In this document: positions 35,204-45,608 of the stretch, piece by piece | How the letters are laid out: each line of letters starts with the position of its first letter | Numbering within the stretch: position 1 is the first letter of the stretch | Notes under the pieces: generated by a model | Seen by the model: only the letters and a program-made list of their open reading frames with translations | Told to the model about the DNA's origin: nothing | The model's database searches: none | Source: Diplonema japonicum | Lineage: Eukaryota; Protista; Euglenozoa: Diplonemea | DNA length: 64,000 nt | Assembly: GCA_964019335.1 (NCBI GenBank) | Contig: OZ025751.1 | Coordinates: 124,001-188,000, forward strand | Direction of reading: 5' to 3' | Position numbers and translations under genes: made by a program

Positions 35204-35974
35204 CTATTTCCATAATACATCAGATTGTCTGATGCTTTCCTTTGCCTCTCTTGACAGTCGTTCCCTTCGGAGTGCCGCGATCTTGCTTTCTTTTTTGTTT
35301 TTCTTGTCTTTTTTCTCCTTCCGCTTGTGTTTTTTCGCCGGTTCTCCGGTATTTTCCACTGCTGTTTGGGTTTGCCTCGCAAAATTTTCAAGTTTTCTTT
35401 TGAGGTTTTCGCTTTGGGCTTTCGTGTTGGCCACGTGCTCAGGGGTGCGATGGACCGTTATGTTGGACAATGGGTCTTGGAAGTATTTTTCTTTCTCCTC
35501 TGCTTTTTCCAGCTCTTTTCTGCGGATTTCGCCTTCTTCGGCGCGCTTTTTGTTGATTCGGCTCCATTCGATTTCTCTTTCTTTTTTCAATTTCCGAGCC
35601 GCTTCTTCTTTTCTCGCCTCTTCCTTTGCAAAATCAAAGGTCGTGTACATCCATGTTGCGTAGGCTTTGCTGCTTACCGATTGTTCGCTGTTCTTCAAAA
35701 TGTCACGTTTTTCCTGTTCTTCCGCTTCTCGTTTCTTGACTTCTTCTGCGTGCTTCTCCCTTTGCTGTTTGTTCATAAGGAGCTCTTTTGCGGCAGAAAC
35801 CGCTTGAAAAGCTTTTGTAGCATCCAGATTTCCTGCATTCTTATCAGGGTGCACGGCCAAGCTCAGCTTCAAAAAGATTTTGCCTAGTTTGCTTTCATCG
35901 ACATCGACCCCCACTTCCAATCCAAACATGTCAAAGCAGTTAGAAGAGGAAAGCACCTCCTGTACTGACTTCAT
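35204..35974 (-). CDS. DnaJ-domain protein
   Basis: CFDMFGL...KLSLAVHPDKN...KAFQAVSAAKELL (HPD motif) followed by a charged coiled coil. Confidence 0.88.
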   Translation of the reverse strand: MKSVQEVLSSSNCFDMFGLEVGVDVDESKLGKIFLKLSLAVHPDKNAGNLDATKAFQAVSAAKELLMNKQQREKHAEEVKKREAEEQEKRDILKNSEQSVSSKAYATWMYTTFDFAKEEARKEEAARKLKKEREIEWSRINKKRAEEGEIRRKELEKAEEKEKYFQDPLSNITVHRTPEHVANTKAQSENLKRKLENFARQTQTAVENTGEPAKKHKRKEKKDKKNKKESKIAALRRERLSREAKESIRQSDVLWK

Positions 35975-36677
35975 ATTTTTTTCTTTTTTTTTTCCATTCC
36001 CTGAGTGAGAATTTAAATAAAAAATGGTATTTTTGTAGGGGGGGGAAAGAATTTTTTTGAATAAAATAAACAAAGGGGAAGGGGTGTACAGCAATAACAG
36101 TGGGGGTGAGGGGAACAAAAAATGGATTTTTTTTTGGGGGGGAGGGCCAACGATAATAAAGAGACAAAAGTTTTTTTTTTTAAAAAAAAAAATAAAAGAG
36201 ATTAACAATGGTCTGGGAAAGCGAAAGGGGGTGTGCCTACCGAATTGCATTTTGAATTAAAAGAAGGGGGGGGGGGGGAAATAGAGTGAGGGAAAGGGGG
36301 ATCTTTACTTTTCTCCATTCTTTTCGTTTTTCTTTTTTTTTTTCCACTCAACAACAGCAGAAGTAGGGAAGATAGTTCCTTTTATAACCCGGACCATACA
36401 TTTTTCCTCTCAAAAAATGAACGTAACCCCGGATAAAGCCGAGTAAACGGTGTTTCTTTCCAGATCCTTCATATAACAGAAGAAGGAAAAAAAAAAAGAA
36501 AAGAAAAAACTTATACAAAAAATAAAATTCTCAGTTCAAAAAAAAAAAATTATATTCGTCTTTCTTCTTGTATTGTGTGGCTCCCCTCCCCCCTCTGTTT
36601 GGATGCGATCAAACAAAAACAAAAAAAAACAAAAAAAAATAACACCCATATATATATATATATTTTTTTTTTAGAGG

Positions 36678-36712
<35 letters not shown>

Positions 36713-36784
36713 ACAAAACAAAAAACGGGTAATCGGGAAAGAGGGTCATTTTTTTTTTTTTTTTTTTTCCCGTCTTCATTTCTT

Positions 36785-38362
36785 TCATAATTTCAATTCT
36801 TTTTGAAACGTACTTTCAAACCATTGCAACCAGATAGCCCTCTCAATTGTGGTCGGCGTAAGAAAGACATATTTCTTACTATCAGTCTTGATGAAAAATC
36901 CGATTTTCAGAGCGTTCAGCGTTGCTGATTGGGGTACCTCCTCTCCAACTTTGGTGATTCTTGACACTGGGGTCCTTTCAGGCGGTTCCCCGGACTTCAG
37001 CTGCCGTTTTGAAGCAATGACGAAGAAGATACCCTCATCGTCCTCCTCGAGGTAAATCTGCCTTTTCTTATACACGCAGGGTTCTCTCTTGTCACCCGAA
37101 ACAACTTCTAAATATGACCAAGTTTTAGGCGGCACGGGTGGGGAAGTACCAGACGATGCACTCCAAGCAGGGAACATTGTCGAACCGAATTTCGGGACAG
37201 CATCGGTATCATCCCACTCCGGCGAAGAAAGAATTTTTGCACGAGGCTGCTCTGGTATAGGCGATTCCTCCTCTTTTTCAATTTCTTTTTCGGGTTCTGG
37301 TTCTGGTTCTGGTTCCGGCTCTGGTTCAGGTTCAGGCTCAGGTTCCGGCTCTGGTGATACCGGTTTTTCGGGTTCAGGTTCAGGAGTTTTTGGTTTTTCA
37401 ACTCTGCGTTTTCTGCTGTCTGTGACCTTCAGCGAGGGTGTTATTTCCGCCAGCTTGCTGAAACAATTCAAACAACAGAAATCCTTCTCGCACACTTTAC
37501 ACCTAATAAACCCTTCCTCCACCAGATGGAGATCCTTCTCACCGCAGTCCCTCGTGCAGACCATATCTTCGGGAGCGTAACCTTCAGGAAGTCCGTCACA
37601 CTGTTCTAAATCGTGTTCCTCCACATCTACTTCTAGAGGTTGAGTTTGAGATGGTGGTGGTACCAAGGGGGGTGTGATTATGGGAGTAGGTGGGCAGAGT
37701 CCTGATGATTTTGTAGCGTCGCGTTTTTTTTTCGCGGAGGAAGATTTCGAGAATGAATGTAGGCGTTCGGTCGGGGTTTGGTAACCGATGGCGTCTGTTC
37801 GTTGAAGCTTTGCGGTTTTGAAGAGGTTGGTGCTGGGGTCCGCTTGTGCGATACCGAGCCATTTTTGTTTTTTTGACACGGTGGAATCGTGTCCGGGTTG
37901 GCCTTCTTCTTGAGTCTTGCGAATTGTGTCAAGGATACGTGAAAAATTTTCTGCTGACGTCCAGCTTCGAAATTCTAACAGCATATCCACTTCATTGGGG
38001 ATTCTTACATGTGCTTGGAAGACATCACGACCTCGATGGTTTAACTTTTGTCGGGTTATTTTGTTGACTTGAAACATGCTTGTGTATCTTTTCATGTGCG
38101 CGCTGCGTACGCTTTCCAACATTATCAGCTTCTTGTAACTTACTACGATGACTCTTGGTTGCCTTACCTCCTTGCTGCTTACCTTGTCGCATTCACTTAT
38201 AAAGTAAATCCCCGAGTTTGCTTCGGGTAGAAGCTGGTCGTAGTTACTTTTCCCTTTTTCGAGAAATGCCATGCCTGTTACCGCGCACACCTTGGTACCC
38301 TTCGCATTCTTGCCCCGTGGTGACGGGGCGTTCGGGGCTACAGAGGCTGAATTTTGTTGCAT
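36785..38362 (-). CDS. Hypothetical protein: PH-like N-terminus, Cys-rich centre, (EP)n linker, PH-like C-terminus; paralogue of 60505-62281
   Basis: 525-aa ORF; both terminal domains and the Cys cluster align strongly with the 60505-62281 gene. Confidence 0.8.
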   Translation of the reverse strand: MQQNSASVAPNAPSPRGKNAKGTKVCAVTGMAFLEKGKSNYDQLLPEANSGIYFISECDKVSSKEVRQPRVIVVSYKKLIMLESVRSAHMKRYTSMFQVNKITRQKLNHRGRDVFQAHVRIPNEVDMLLEFRSWTSAENFSRILDTIRKTQEEGQPGHDSTVSKKQKWLGIAQADPSTNLFKTAKLQRTDAIGYQTPTERLHSFSKSSSAKKKRDATKSSGLCPPTPIITPPLVPPPSQTQPLEVDVEEHDLEQCDGLPEGYAPEDMVCTRDCGEKDLHLVEEGFIRCKVCEKDFCCLNCFSKLAEITPSLKVTDSRKRRVEKPKTPEPEPEKPVSPEPEPEPEPEPEPEPEPEPEPEKEIEKEEESPIPEQPRAKILSSPEWDDTDAVPKFGSTMFPAWSASSGTSPPVPPKTWSYLEVVSGDKREPCVYKKRQIYLEEDDEGIFFVIASKRQLKSGEPPERTPVSRITKVGEEVPQSATLNALKIGFFIKTDSKKYVFLTPTTIERAIWLQWFESTFQKELKL

Positions 38363-39508
38363 TTTTTTTTTCCCCTCCTCCCACGCCCCTCCCCCCCCCC
38401 CCCCCCCCTCCTCTCGCTTCTCTTACCCCGTCACCTCCCCTTGCTTCCCTTTTTTTTTTTGGTTTGGTTATTATTATTATTATTTTTTTTTTTTTGGAAA
38501 GATGTTAAAAAGGAACTGACGTAATAATATGATTAAAGTCGGAGGACGTCTCAGCAAGACGCCCCTAAAATCGGAGAGGGGAAGAAAAAGTTCAAATTAA
38601 CATGCAAGCCCCTAAGACGAAAGCCGCATGCCTTAAAAAGGGAAGGGGGTATGGTCAGTACTAGGGATCTCAGTTTCGGTCAAATCTCGCGACTCCTCCA
38701 GGTGCTGACCTCTTCAGGCGAGAGGCACCCTTCAATGGCTCCTACTAGCGTCCCAGCAAGTGAGAGAGTACTTTTCCCGACCAAAAAACAAGAAAATCAA
38801 GCAAGGAGAGAGGGTGAAAGAGGGGGGGAGGGGGGGCGTTTCAATTTGTGTTGAGAAACAAGGGAATAACAAAAACTCGACCCGTATTTATATTAATTTA
38901 ATATTTGTGTGTGGGGGAGCGACTGTCCGAGAGAATGAAGTCATTACATTTAACGAACAATAGGATAGATATTTATTTGAATATTGAAAAGAACAATTTT
39001 TTTTTTTAATTCCAAGGATAACCACGTATAACAAGGTGCTTTCTTCGTTCATCAAAAGTTAAAAAGAAGTAGAAGAAGAGTTGAGGGGCAACTTGTCCGG
39101 TTTATCCATATTTTCTTACGCTCCATTTTTTATTTTATTTTTTTCTTGGTCAGGATGAAAGAAAAAAAAGGATCATGACCATTTCTCACAATGAAGCAGC
39201 GAGGGATTTAATGTTTTGGGATGCGGTATCACAAGTGGGATTTGTGTCGCAGTAGCACAGGTTGGGGACGTGTTCCATCCTGGGGATAGGGATACTGTGT
39301 GCTGCAACATCCTTCCCATAAGGGAGCGGCTTTTCGGGCTTGCTAGGCCTATTGACTGACTGGGAAGCAAACGCAATACTTGCCACAGTCAATTGTTCGT
39401 TTTTTTTTTTTTTTTTTTTTTTCTCTCGCTCTTTAACAACAGCACTGAACAAAAAAAAAAAAAAAAGCAAAGTATTCTTTACTTTCTTCGCAAAACAACC
39501 TACACCTC

Positions 39509-42500
39509 TTAGACCTTGTAATCCACCACGTACAAAGGCAGGACCTGTGCAGGCTGGAAGATGATGTACTCGGAGTTAACGACACCGAAACCCGTCTCCG
39601 CGTTGCTCCCAAGACCCTTCACGTAGTAGGAATCGTGACTCTTGATGAGATCCCATTCCACCTTCTTCAGAGGCTTTATGAAGGCAGAGGGATCGACGCA
39701 CCGCACGACGTCATGCAAGCCGTTGCTCGCCTTCAGGTTGGCCTCGATGAGGTAGGGGTTCCCCAAGTTCACCCTGCACTTCACGAGGGAGTACACACCC
39801 TTCTCAGGCGTCACGTACCTGTGTGACTTCTCCGCCTGGTCTGCGAGGTAGATCCCCAGCCCGAACATGTGGCAGCGTTTCCATTCGTGTTTTTCAGTGC
39901 AGTGCTTGCAGTCCGTTCCGCACAGTGTGGTGGTCAGCCCCTTCCCACCTGACACGGGGCATGCTTCACTCGCCTGACAGTCTGATGGGCATTGCAACCC
40001 CGATGCCAAGATCTTGTCCAGAACAGAGCACGCTGTGCCGTGCCACAGCTCCTTCTCCACTACACAGCCGTGCTTTTCGTTGATATACGATCGCCTTGAC
40101 TCGTACGCGCGTTCCTGCGACTTGTTCACCACCCTGCGGATTTTTCTGATGTTTGTGAACCCGCCCATCCGCATCTCTGATGCAAGTTCTTCGTACTTCG
40201 CCGAGCCCTTCGACACGCCTCTGTACTCCAGGTTGGCCCCGTAGTTGACGAAGTTGGACGCATCATGCTTGAAGGAGCACGTCTCCGTCCAGTCGCAGTG
40301 GCCTTTGATGTTCCACCCTCTGCAGTACCTGCTGGGCCCATTCAGGCGTGGACACGGCTTGCTTCTCATGTACGGGTTGTCAGGCTGTGCGTTGTCCACT
40401 GTGATGATGTGCTCTCCGTGGTACAGTCGGCAGTTCAGTTCCGCCATCTGCAGCTGGTTGACGGGAGTCTCAAGCTCCACGAAGGCCCCCACCCGTGCTG
40501 CGTTCCGTTCTGGTTTCAACATTTTCACCTGATGTCCCTTCAGGAACTCCTTCACATCTTTTGCGAGCTCCTCGTCGTCCCTCCCCACTGCAGGATTCAG
40601 CCACCCCAGCCACAGGTGCCTCGTGTTCTGTGCCACCATCGCTGTGTCTATTCGCCCCTTCTCTGCCTTCAATCCCCCCCTTTGTTTTGCCCCCATCTTG
40701 AGCAGAGTCGCAGCAGCCTCTTTCTCGTCGTTGCTCACCTTCGACATCCTCAGCGCAAGGGGTGAATTTGTCTCTGCGAACTGCAGGAGGTACATGGGAA
40801 GGGCCTGTATGTTCCCCCCATTCTGCTTCATGATGTAGTATTTCATTGAGGGGACCCACTCGTGGTCCTCCGCTTCTCCCAAGATCAGCTTGCACAGGAA
40901 CATGAAGCACCCACCCCTGCAGTAGCCGACAGAGACTTTCGGGTCCTTTGCAAAGTACTCACCAGCTCCATACACCTGCCCCGACCTCCTGAAGGGGTCG
41001 AACCCGTTCTGTGCGATGCTCAGCACGTTGTCCTCCGCCGTCCCGTGGAAGCCGTCGATCATGTCGGGTGCCCTGCCCCTCGTCCGTGTCATGTTGTACT
41101 CTGTCGCCCGGAACCGGAACTCCAGGTCGTCGTTCCTGAGCTGCCACCCATTCACCAAACGACCGGGACCTTCAATTTCCGTCCATTTCTGCTGCAGCAA
41201 CTCCAGTTTCGACGAGCTCACCTTCACCATCACCTCGTCTACAGACGGCACGGAATTCGACTCCGTAAGCACCACTTTCTCGGGAATGTCGTGGTCGACC
41301 TTCGCCACCTCTGCCAAGCAGCGCAGCTTTGCCAGCACCACTACGAGCTGCTCCATCGGCACCGTCACAAACTTCTGGATGGCGACGGCCTCGATCCGGT
41401 CCTTCCCGTCATAACTGATTTGCTTGAAGGGCCCGCGCACAGTGCCGTTGATAGTGTAAGACATGGTCAGGTCCTCTGGGTCCGCCGTGAAGCATATATA
41501 CAACTTTGCCCCTTGCGACGACAGGGAGATGAACTTCAGCTCCTTCACGGAGCCTGCAGGGAGGACGGGAACGGGGACAGTCTTGCTGGGTTTCTTGATG
41601 TGGATGCCTCGTCTGCACGATGTTGACGACGGGTCGGTGCAGCGTCCTGCTGTGTAAGGCATGCACACTGCCTCCTTCGTCTTCACAAGTGAGGAAATAT
41701 CTGCACCAGCGCGCGGACCTACATTCGACGTCCTCGCTGCCTCCACCATCTTCCCCCCTGCCACTCCTTGCACGCTCTTGATCCCAAAGTACCGCCCGTC
41801 GTGTTGCACCTCGAACTCTACCTCCTGCCCCTCCGCCAAGCTGGTCAGTTTGTCCTGCAGCGAGGAGCTGTTGCATCTGATGTCCCCGAAGTACACACCC
41901 GTCGTGTCACCCAGCATTTTTTCCTGCGTGAACAGCGGGCGGGAAGGGCAGATGAAGCCGAACCCACGCTCCTTGTTCCACGAAGTGACCCTGCCAGGGA
42001 GCAGACCGCTGCTGTCAGCGACCACCAACAGTGTAAAGTTGACACCCTCGGAGACTGCTTGCTCGACCTTTTCAACCGTCTTCACGTTCTTGTCGTTCAC
42101 CTTCTGCACAACAAGGCTGGGTATGAGTCCCACCACGGAGGCAGGGCTGCCAGCCTCGACAGAGGAGACACGCACACTAGAGCCGTCCAAGGAGAAGGTT
42201 GCCCCAAAGGGTGGGGAGGCCGTACTTTGCTTCACTTCAATGGTGAAGTTGTAAGGCTGGAGGAGGGTCACAGGTCGGGGGGCCCTGTTGTTCCTGTTGG
42301 GCTGTGTGACTAGAGTGGCTGCAGCGGGTTTCGGGGCGGGTTTGGGAGCAGGCTTTGGTGCCGGCTTGCTGACCTTTGGAGCTCTCGGTACGTATCCAGC
42401 TTTGTCCTCCGCCTCCTTGTGGAGCACCTGAAGTGCTGCCTCATCCGTCACCCCCTTTGCTGACTTCTTGTGCACCTTGCCCTTTTTGTGCGCTTCCCAA

Positions 42501-42565
42501 TCCTTCCAAGCGACTTCCTTCTCGCACAGCGTACACATGACCATTGGGTTGTTCGGGGACGCCAT
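39509..42565 (-). CDS. Multidomain double PARP/ART protein (U1-ZnF, PDZ, CSD, CCCH, ART, RRM, CCCH, ART)
   Basis: 1018 aa, intronless. CTLC..H..GKVH; PDZ VEAGSPA..GL; CSD GRVTSWNKERGFGFI; ART1 FHGT..YGAGEYFA; RRM HLWLGWL..GAFVEL; ART2 LWHGT..FGLGIYLA..SEYIIF..QVLPLYVVDY. Confidence 0.88.
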   Translation of the reverse strand: MASPNNPMVMCTLCEKEVAWKDWEAHKKGKVHKKSAKGVTDEAALQVLHKEAEDKAGYVPRAPKVSKPAPKPAPKPAPKPAAATLVTQPNRNNRAPRPVTLLQPYNFTIEVKQSTASPPFGATFSLDGSSVRVSSVEAGSPASVVGLIPSLVVQKVNDKNVKTVEKVEQAVSEGVNFTLLVVADSSGLLPGRVTSWNKERGFGFICPSRPLFTQEKMLGDTTGVYFGDIRCNSSSLQDKLTSLAEGQEVEFEVQHDGRYFGIKSVQGVAGGKMVEAARTSNVGPRAGADISSLVKTKEAVCMPYTAGRCTDPSSTSCRRGIHIKKPSKTVPVPVLPAGSVKELKFISLSSQGAKLYICFTADPEDLTMSYTINGTVRGPFKQISYDGKDRIEAVAIQKFVTVPMEQLVVVLAKLRCLAEVAKVDHDIPEKVVLTESNSVPSVDEVMVKVSSSKLELLQQKWTEIEGPGRLVNGWQLRNDDLEFRFRATEYNMTRTRGRAPDMIDGFHGTAEDNVLSIAQNGFDPFRRSGQVYGAGEYFAKDPKVSVGYCRGGCFMFLCKLILGEAEDHEWVPSMKYYIMKQNGGNIQALPMYLLQFAETNSPLALRMSKVSNDEKEAAATLLKMGAKQRGGLKAEKGRIDTAMVAQNTRHLWLGWLNPAVGRDDEELAKDVKEFLKGHQVKMLKPERNAARVGAFVELETPVNQLQMAELNCRLYHGEHIITVDNAQPDNPYMRSKPCPRLNGPSRYCRGWNIKGHCDWTETCSFKHDASNFVNYGANLEYRGVSKGSAKYEELASEMRMGGFTNIRKIRRVVNKSQERAYESRRSYINEKHGCVVEKELWHGTACSVLDKILASGLQCPSDCQASEACPVSGGKGLTTTLCGTDCKHCTEKHEWKRCHMFGLGIYLADQAEKSHRYVTPEKGVYSLVKCRVNLGNPYLIEANLKASNGLHDVVRCVDPSAFIKPLKKVEWDLIKSHDSYYVKGLGSNAETGFGVVNSEYIIFQPAQVLPLYVVDYKV

Positions 42566-43231
42566 CTTGTGTGGGTGATGAGAAAGTTCGGTTTACCTGA
42601 GGTTTTGTGTGCTTTGTTTTAAACCTGATTGTGCCAATCATAAAAAAAAGAAATTACCGCGTTACCAGGTTGGTACTACAAAAAAAAAGAGCGAATTGGG
42701 GGTGGGGGTGGGGGGTATTCTTTTTTTTTTATTCTGCTACTTAATTTTTTTTTCTATTCTTAGACGAATACGCTTACCTACAAAATTATCAGAAAAAGAG
42801 GCGGGGGGACGTGGGTGGGAACAAGTCCTTCGATGGGGTTCGCTTTTTCGTGTTTCTATAAAATATAAAAATAGGCGATGCTAAAAAAAAAGAGAAAAAA
42901 AAAAAGAAAAAAAAAACCTATGATGGCAGCGCAAAAAAAAAAAGTTCTTTTGGTAAAAAAAAAATACATCCATTTCGTACGCACAAAATAAAAACAAAAC
43001 AAAAAAAGAAAAGGTGCCAAACTAGTTTTTTATTTTGCTAAACCAGTTACTGGAAACATGAATGAAAAAAAAGAGGAACGAACGTTTTTTTTTTTCCTTT
43101 TTTTTTTTTTTTTTGAACAGCTGGCTTAAGTTGGCAAACAGAATAATAGCGGGGGTGGAAAAAAAAATTTTTTTTTCTCTATTTGTTTTACAGTAGTAGT
43201 TTTGTTTCATGAAAAAACAAAAACAAAAAAA

Positions 43232-43721
43232 CTAATTCAATGCAGGAGAAGTCGGCGACATAACTTTGCTCTCCGCGATAGGTGGAAATGTGTAGGCTAT
43301 AGGATTCGACTCCACACCTGGGGAAAACGGCACAAATGTGGACACCTTTCTTTTTTCGACACCAGGAGACCGAGGAGTAGGTGGGGAGAGGGCCCCAGAG
43401 AGGTTACGACCCACGGGCATATCATTGACAGGCTCAGGATAGCCGTCTGTCCCATCTTCGTCAGCACTGCCCTTCTCTTCTTTACGTTTTTGGTTTTCCC
43501 TGTACCGCTGGGCAACAATCGTGGCCACGACCAACCCTATGCACATTCCCCCCACCACCAGCCCTACTATCAACCCATCAAACATCTTGCTACTGTCATC
43601 ATCGCTGTTCACCACCGGTGTTGTGGTTACATTCCCGGCAACTTGTTCAATAAATCCTGTCACACCGTTGCCATACACGGCTCCACATATACTGCTTAGA
43701 AAAACTACATGTGAACCCCAC

Positions 43722-43723
<2 letters not shown>
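43232..43723 (-). CDS. Small type I membrane protein (163 aa)
   Basis: Signal peptide, single TM (GLIVGLVVGGMCIGLVVATIV) followed by basic residues. Confidence 0.75.
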
Positions 43724-43760
<37 letters not shown>

Positions 43761-43761
<1 letters not shown>

Positions 43762-44028
43762 AGGTGGTAGGGATAACATGGAAATATAAAGAAGTACATC
43801 AGATGTGTTGTTCGCTGTTGAGCGCCCAAGTGGAAGAAGCAGATGCTCTGGGTGGCGAACAGGCAGCAAACTACACGGGCGCCCCGGCTGGGGTTGAGCT
43901 GCACACCGCACGCATTAAGGACACGACGCTGAACTCAGAAGAAGCTACAGCTAGGCCGAGGTGCGCCCCCTGTAATCAAGTAAAATGGTGCTTGTGCAGG
44001 GTGCCCCCACCGGCTACTTTTAAATCAT
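43761..44028 (+). mobile_element. Repeat family A copy (inverted relative to the other copies, small internal deletions)
   Basis: Aligns to the reverse complement of 1001-1326. Confidence 0.75.
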
Positions 44029-44131
44029 CGAGTTTTTTTTTTTTTCCACAAAAAAAAAAAAAAAAAAAAAAAAAATGGGGCTTTGATTGCAACACTAGGT
44101 GGCGTTAAGCGTGCAATGAAGCACGAAATAC

Positions 44132-44389
44132 CTACTTGATTACAAGGGGCGCTCCTCGGCCGAGCAGTAGCTTCTTCTGCGTTCCGCGTCGTGTCCATAA
44201 TCGGCGGTGTAGCCGGGGCGTCCCGGGTAACCAAGATTCTGCGCTCGTGCAGTTTGCTGCCTGTTCGTCACCCTGAGCATCTGCGTTACGTTCTTCCACT
44301 TGGGCGCTACCGGTGATGACCGACGAGGAGGTCAACAGCGAACAACACATCTGATGTACTTCTTATATTTCCATGTTATCCCCACCACC
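44132..44389 (-). mobile_element. Repeat family A copy (truncated at one end)
   Basis: Aligns directly to 1051-1325. Confidence 0.78.
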
Positions 44390-44412
44390 ACACAAAAAAG
44401 AGAAAAAAAAAA

Positions 44413-45168
44413 TCAACAAGATACAACTGCCATTTCAGGCAACCCAGGCAGGACCTCACCATCGTCTGTGGTGACGATGATCAATGGAGCGTCTTCTGTG
44501 GGCCGAAAACCTGTGATTTTCCCTGTCTTCCCCAGCAAGGAGGACAAGGGGACAGAGGGGAACGACATGTCCAGGTCATCGTAAAGGCCGGCCAGCGTCG
44601 TCTCTGAGGACATCACCTTCACACGGTCGTTAAGGGAAAAAACGTAAGATGTAGGAATCCCTGGGAGGGTGATGAATATCTGATGGTCTGTCACAAGCGA
44701 AGGTTCGGACTCAATCAGCCCCGGTCTGATATACGGATCGTGTATCAGGTGCGGTAGGACACCGTTGTGGGGATGGAGTCCTTTGCACCACCCTCTTCCA
44801 TTCTCCAAATCCTCTTTGGTGTGGGCTCCGATTTTCCATCGTTCTCCATCGCTGTACAAGCAGAAGCGTTCCCCCTCGTCTTCAAAGTCGCTTACCCATA
44901 CTGGCATCCCGTTCCAGCCTATTTGTCTTCCGGCTTCGCCTACACTGTAGCTTCCGGTGGTGTAGGGCATAGCTTTGTTGGTGATTTGGAGGGTTGCGGG
45001 GAACTCTGTGATACAAAGCAGGGTGTTCTCCTCTGAGGGAGTATCAGATTCTCGGAGAGGGGGAGCGTCACTCTCTCCTTGCTGTTTCTTCATGCAGTAG
45101 CATACTGTCACTGCTGCTGCTGCAGCACCTCCCGCAGCCAGTATTGCGTGGTGGTTGGGGTTCGGCAT
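44413..45168 (-). CDS. N-anchored hypothetical protein with a C-terminal Mind-bomb-type SH3-like repeat
   Basis: N-terminal hydrophobic anchor; NGMPVW...LYSDGERWKIG module; FSLNDRVKV...LLGKTGKITG pattern. Confidence 0.7.
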   Translation of the reverse strand: MPNPNHHAILAAGGAAAAAVTVCYCMKKQQGESDAPPLRESDTPSEENTLLCITEFPATLQITNKAMPYTTGSYSVGEAGRQIGWNGMPVWVSDFEDEGERFCLYSDGERWKIGAHTKEDLENGRGWCKGLHPHNGVLPHLIHDPYIRPGLIESEPSLVTDHQIFITLPGIPTSYVFSLNDRVKVMSSETTLAGLYDDLDMSFPSVPLSSLLGKTGKITGFRPTEDAPLIIVTTDDGEVLPGLPEMAVVSC

Positions 45169-45523
45169 TTTTTCTTTTTTTTTTTTTTTTTCCTTCTCCT
45201 TTTGTTTTTTTTTTTTTCCGTCCAAAATTTTTCTGAAAAAAAAGAATAACTATGAGATTTTTTTTTTCTTCTTCTTCCCGTTGAGCGTCTGCCCCTGATT
45301 TTTTTTTCTTCTCGGCTGTTAGTACAGAATATCTGTACAGTGCCGCCGATGCATACACACACAAAAAAATAAAAAAATGAAATGAAAAGAAAAGATGTCC
45401 CCCGCATCGGCGATCAAAAAACAAAAAAAAAAGCCAGCCCAGACACCCAGCGCACCCTCGGCTGCACAATGCAACCCGATGATCGGATTTCTTGCACGCT
45501 CTCAAGGGGGAAAAAAAAAAAAG

Positions 45524-45556
<33 letters not shown>

Positions 45557-45608
45557 CACGTAATACCGGAATTTGAGAAATGGACACAAAACAAAAAAAA
45601 AAAAAAAA

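Noticed and set aside
37290-37385. (EP)n repeat resembling trypanosome EP-procyclin
   Set aside because: It is an internal linker in a protein with no signal peptide or GPI signal.
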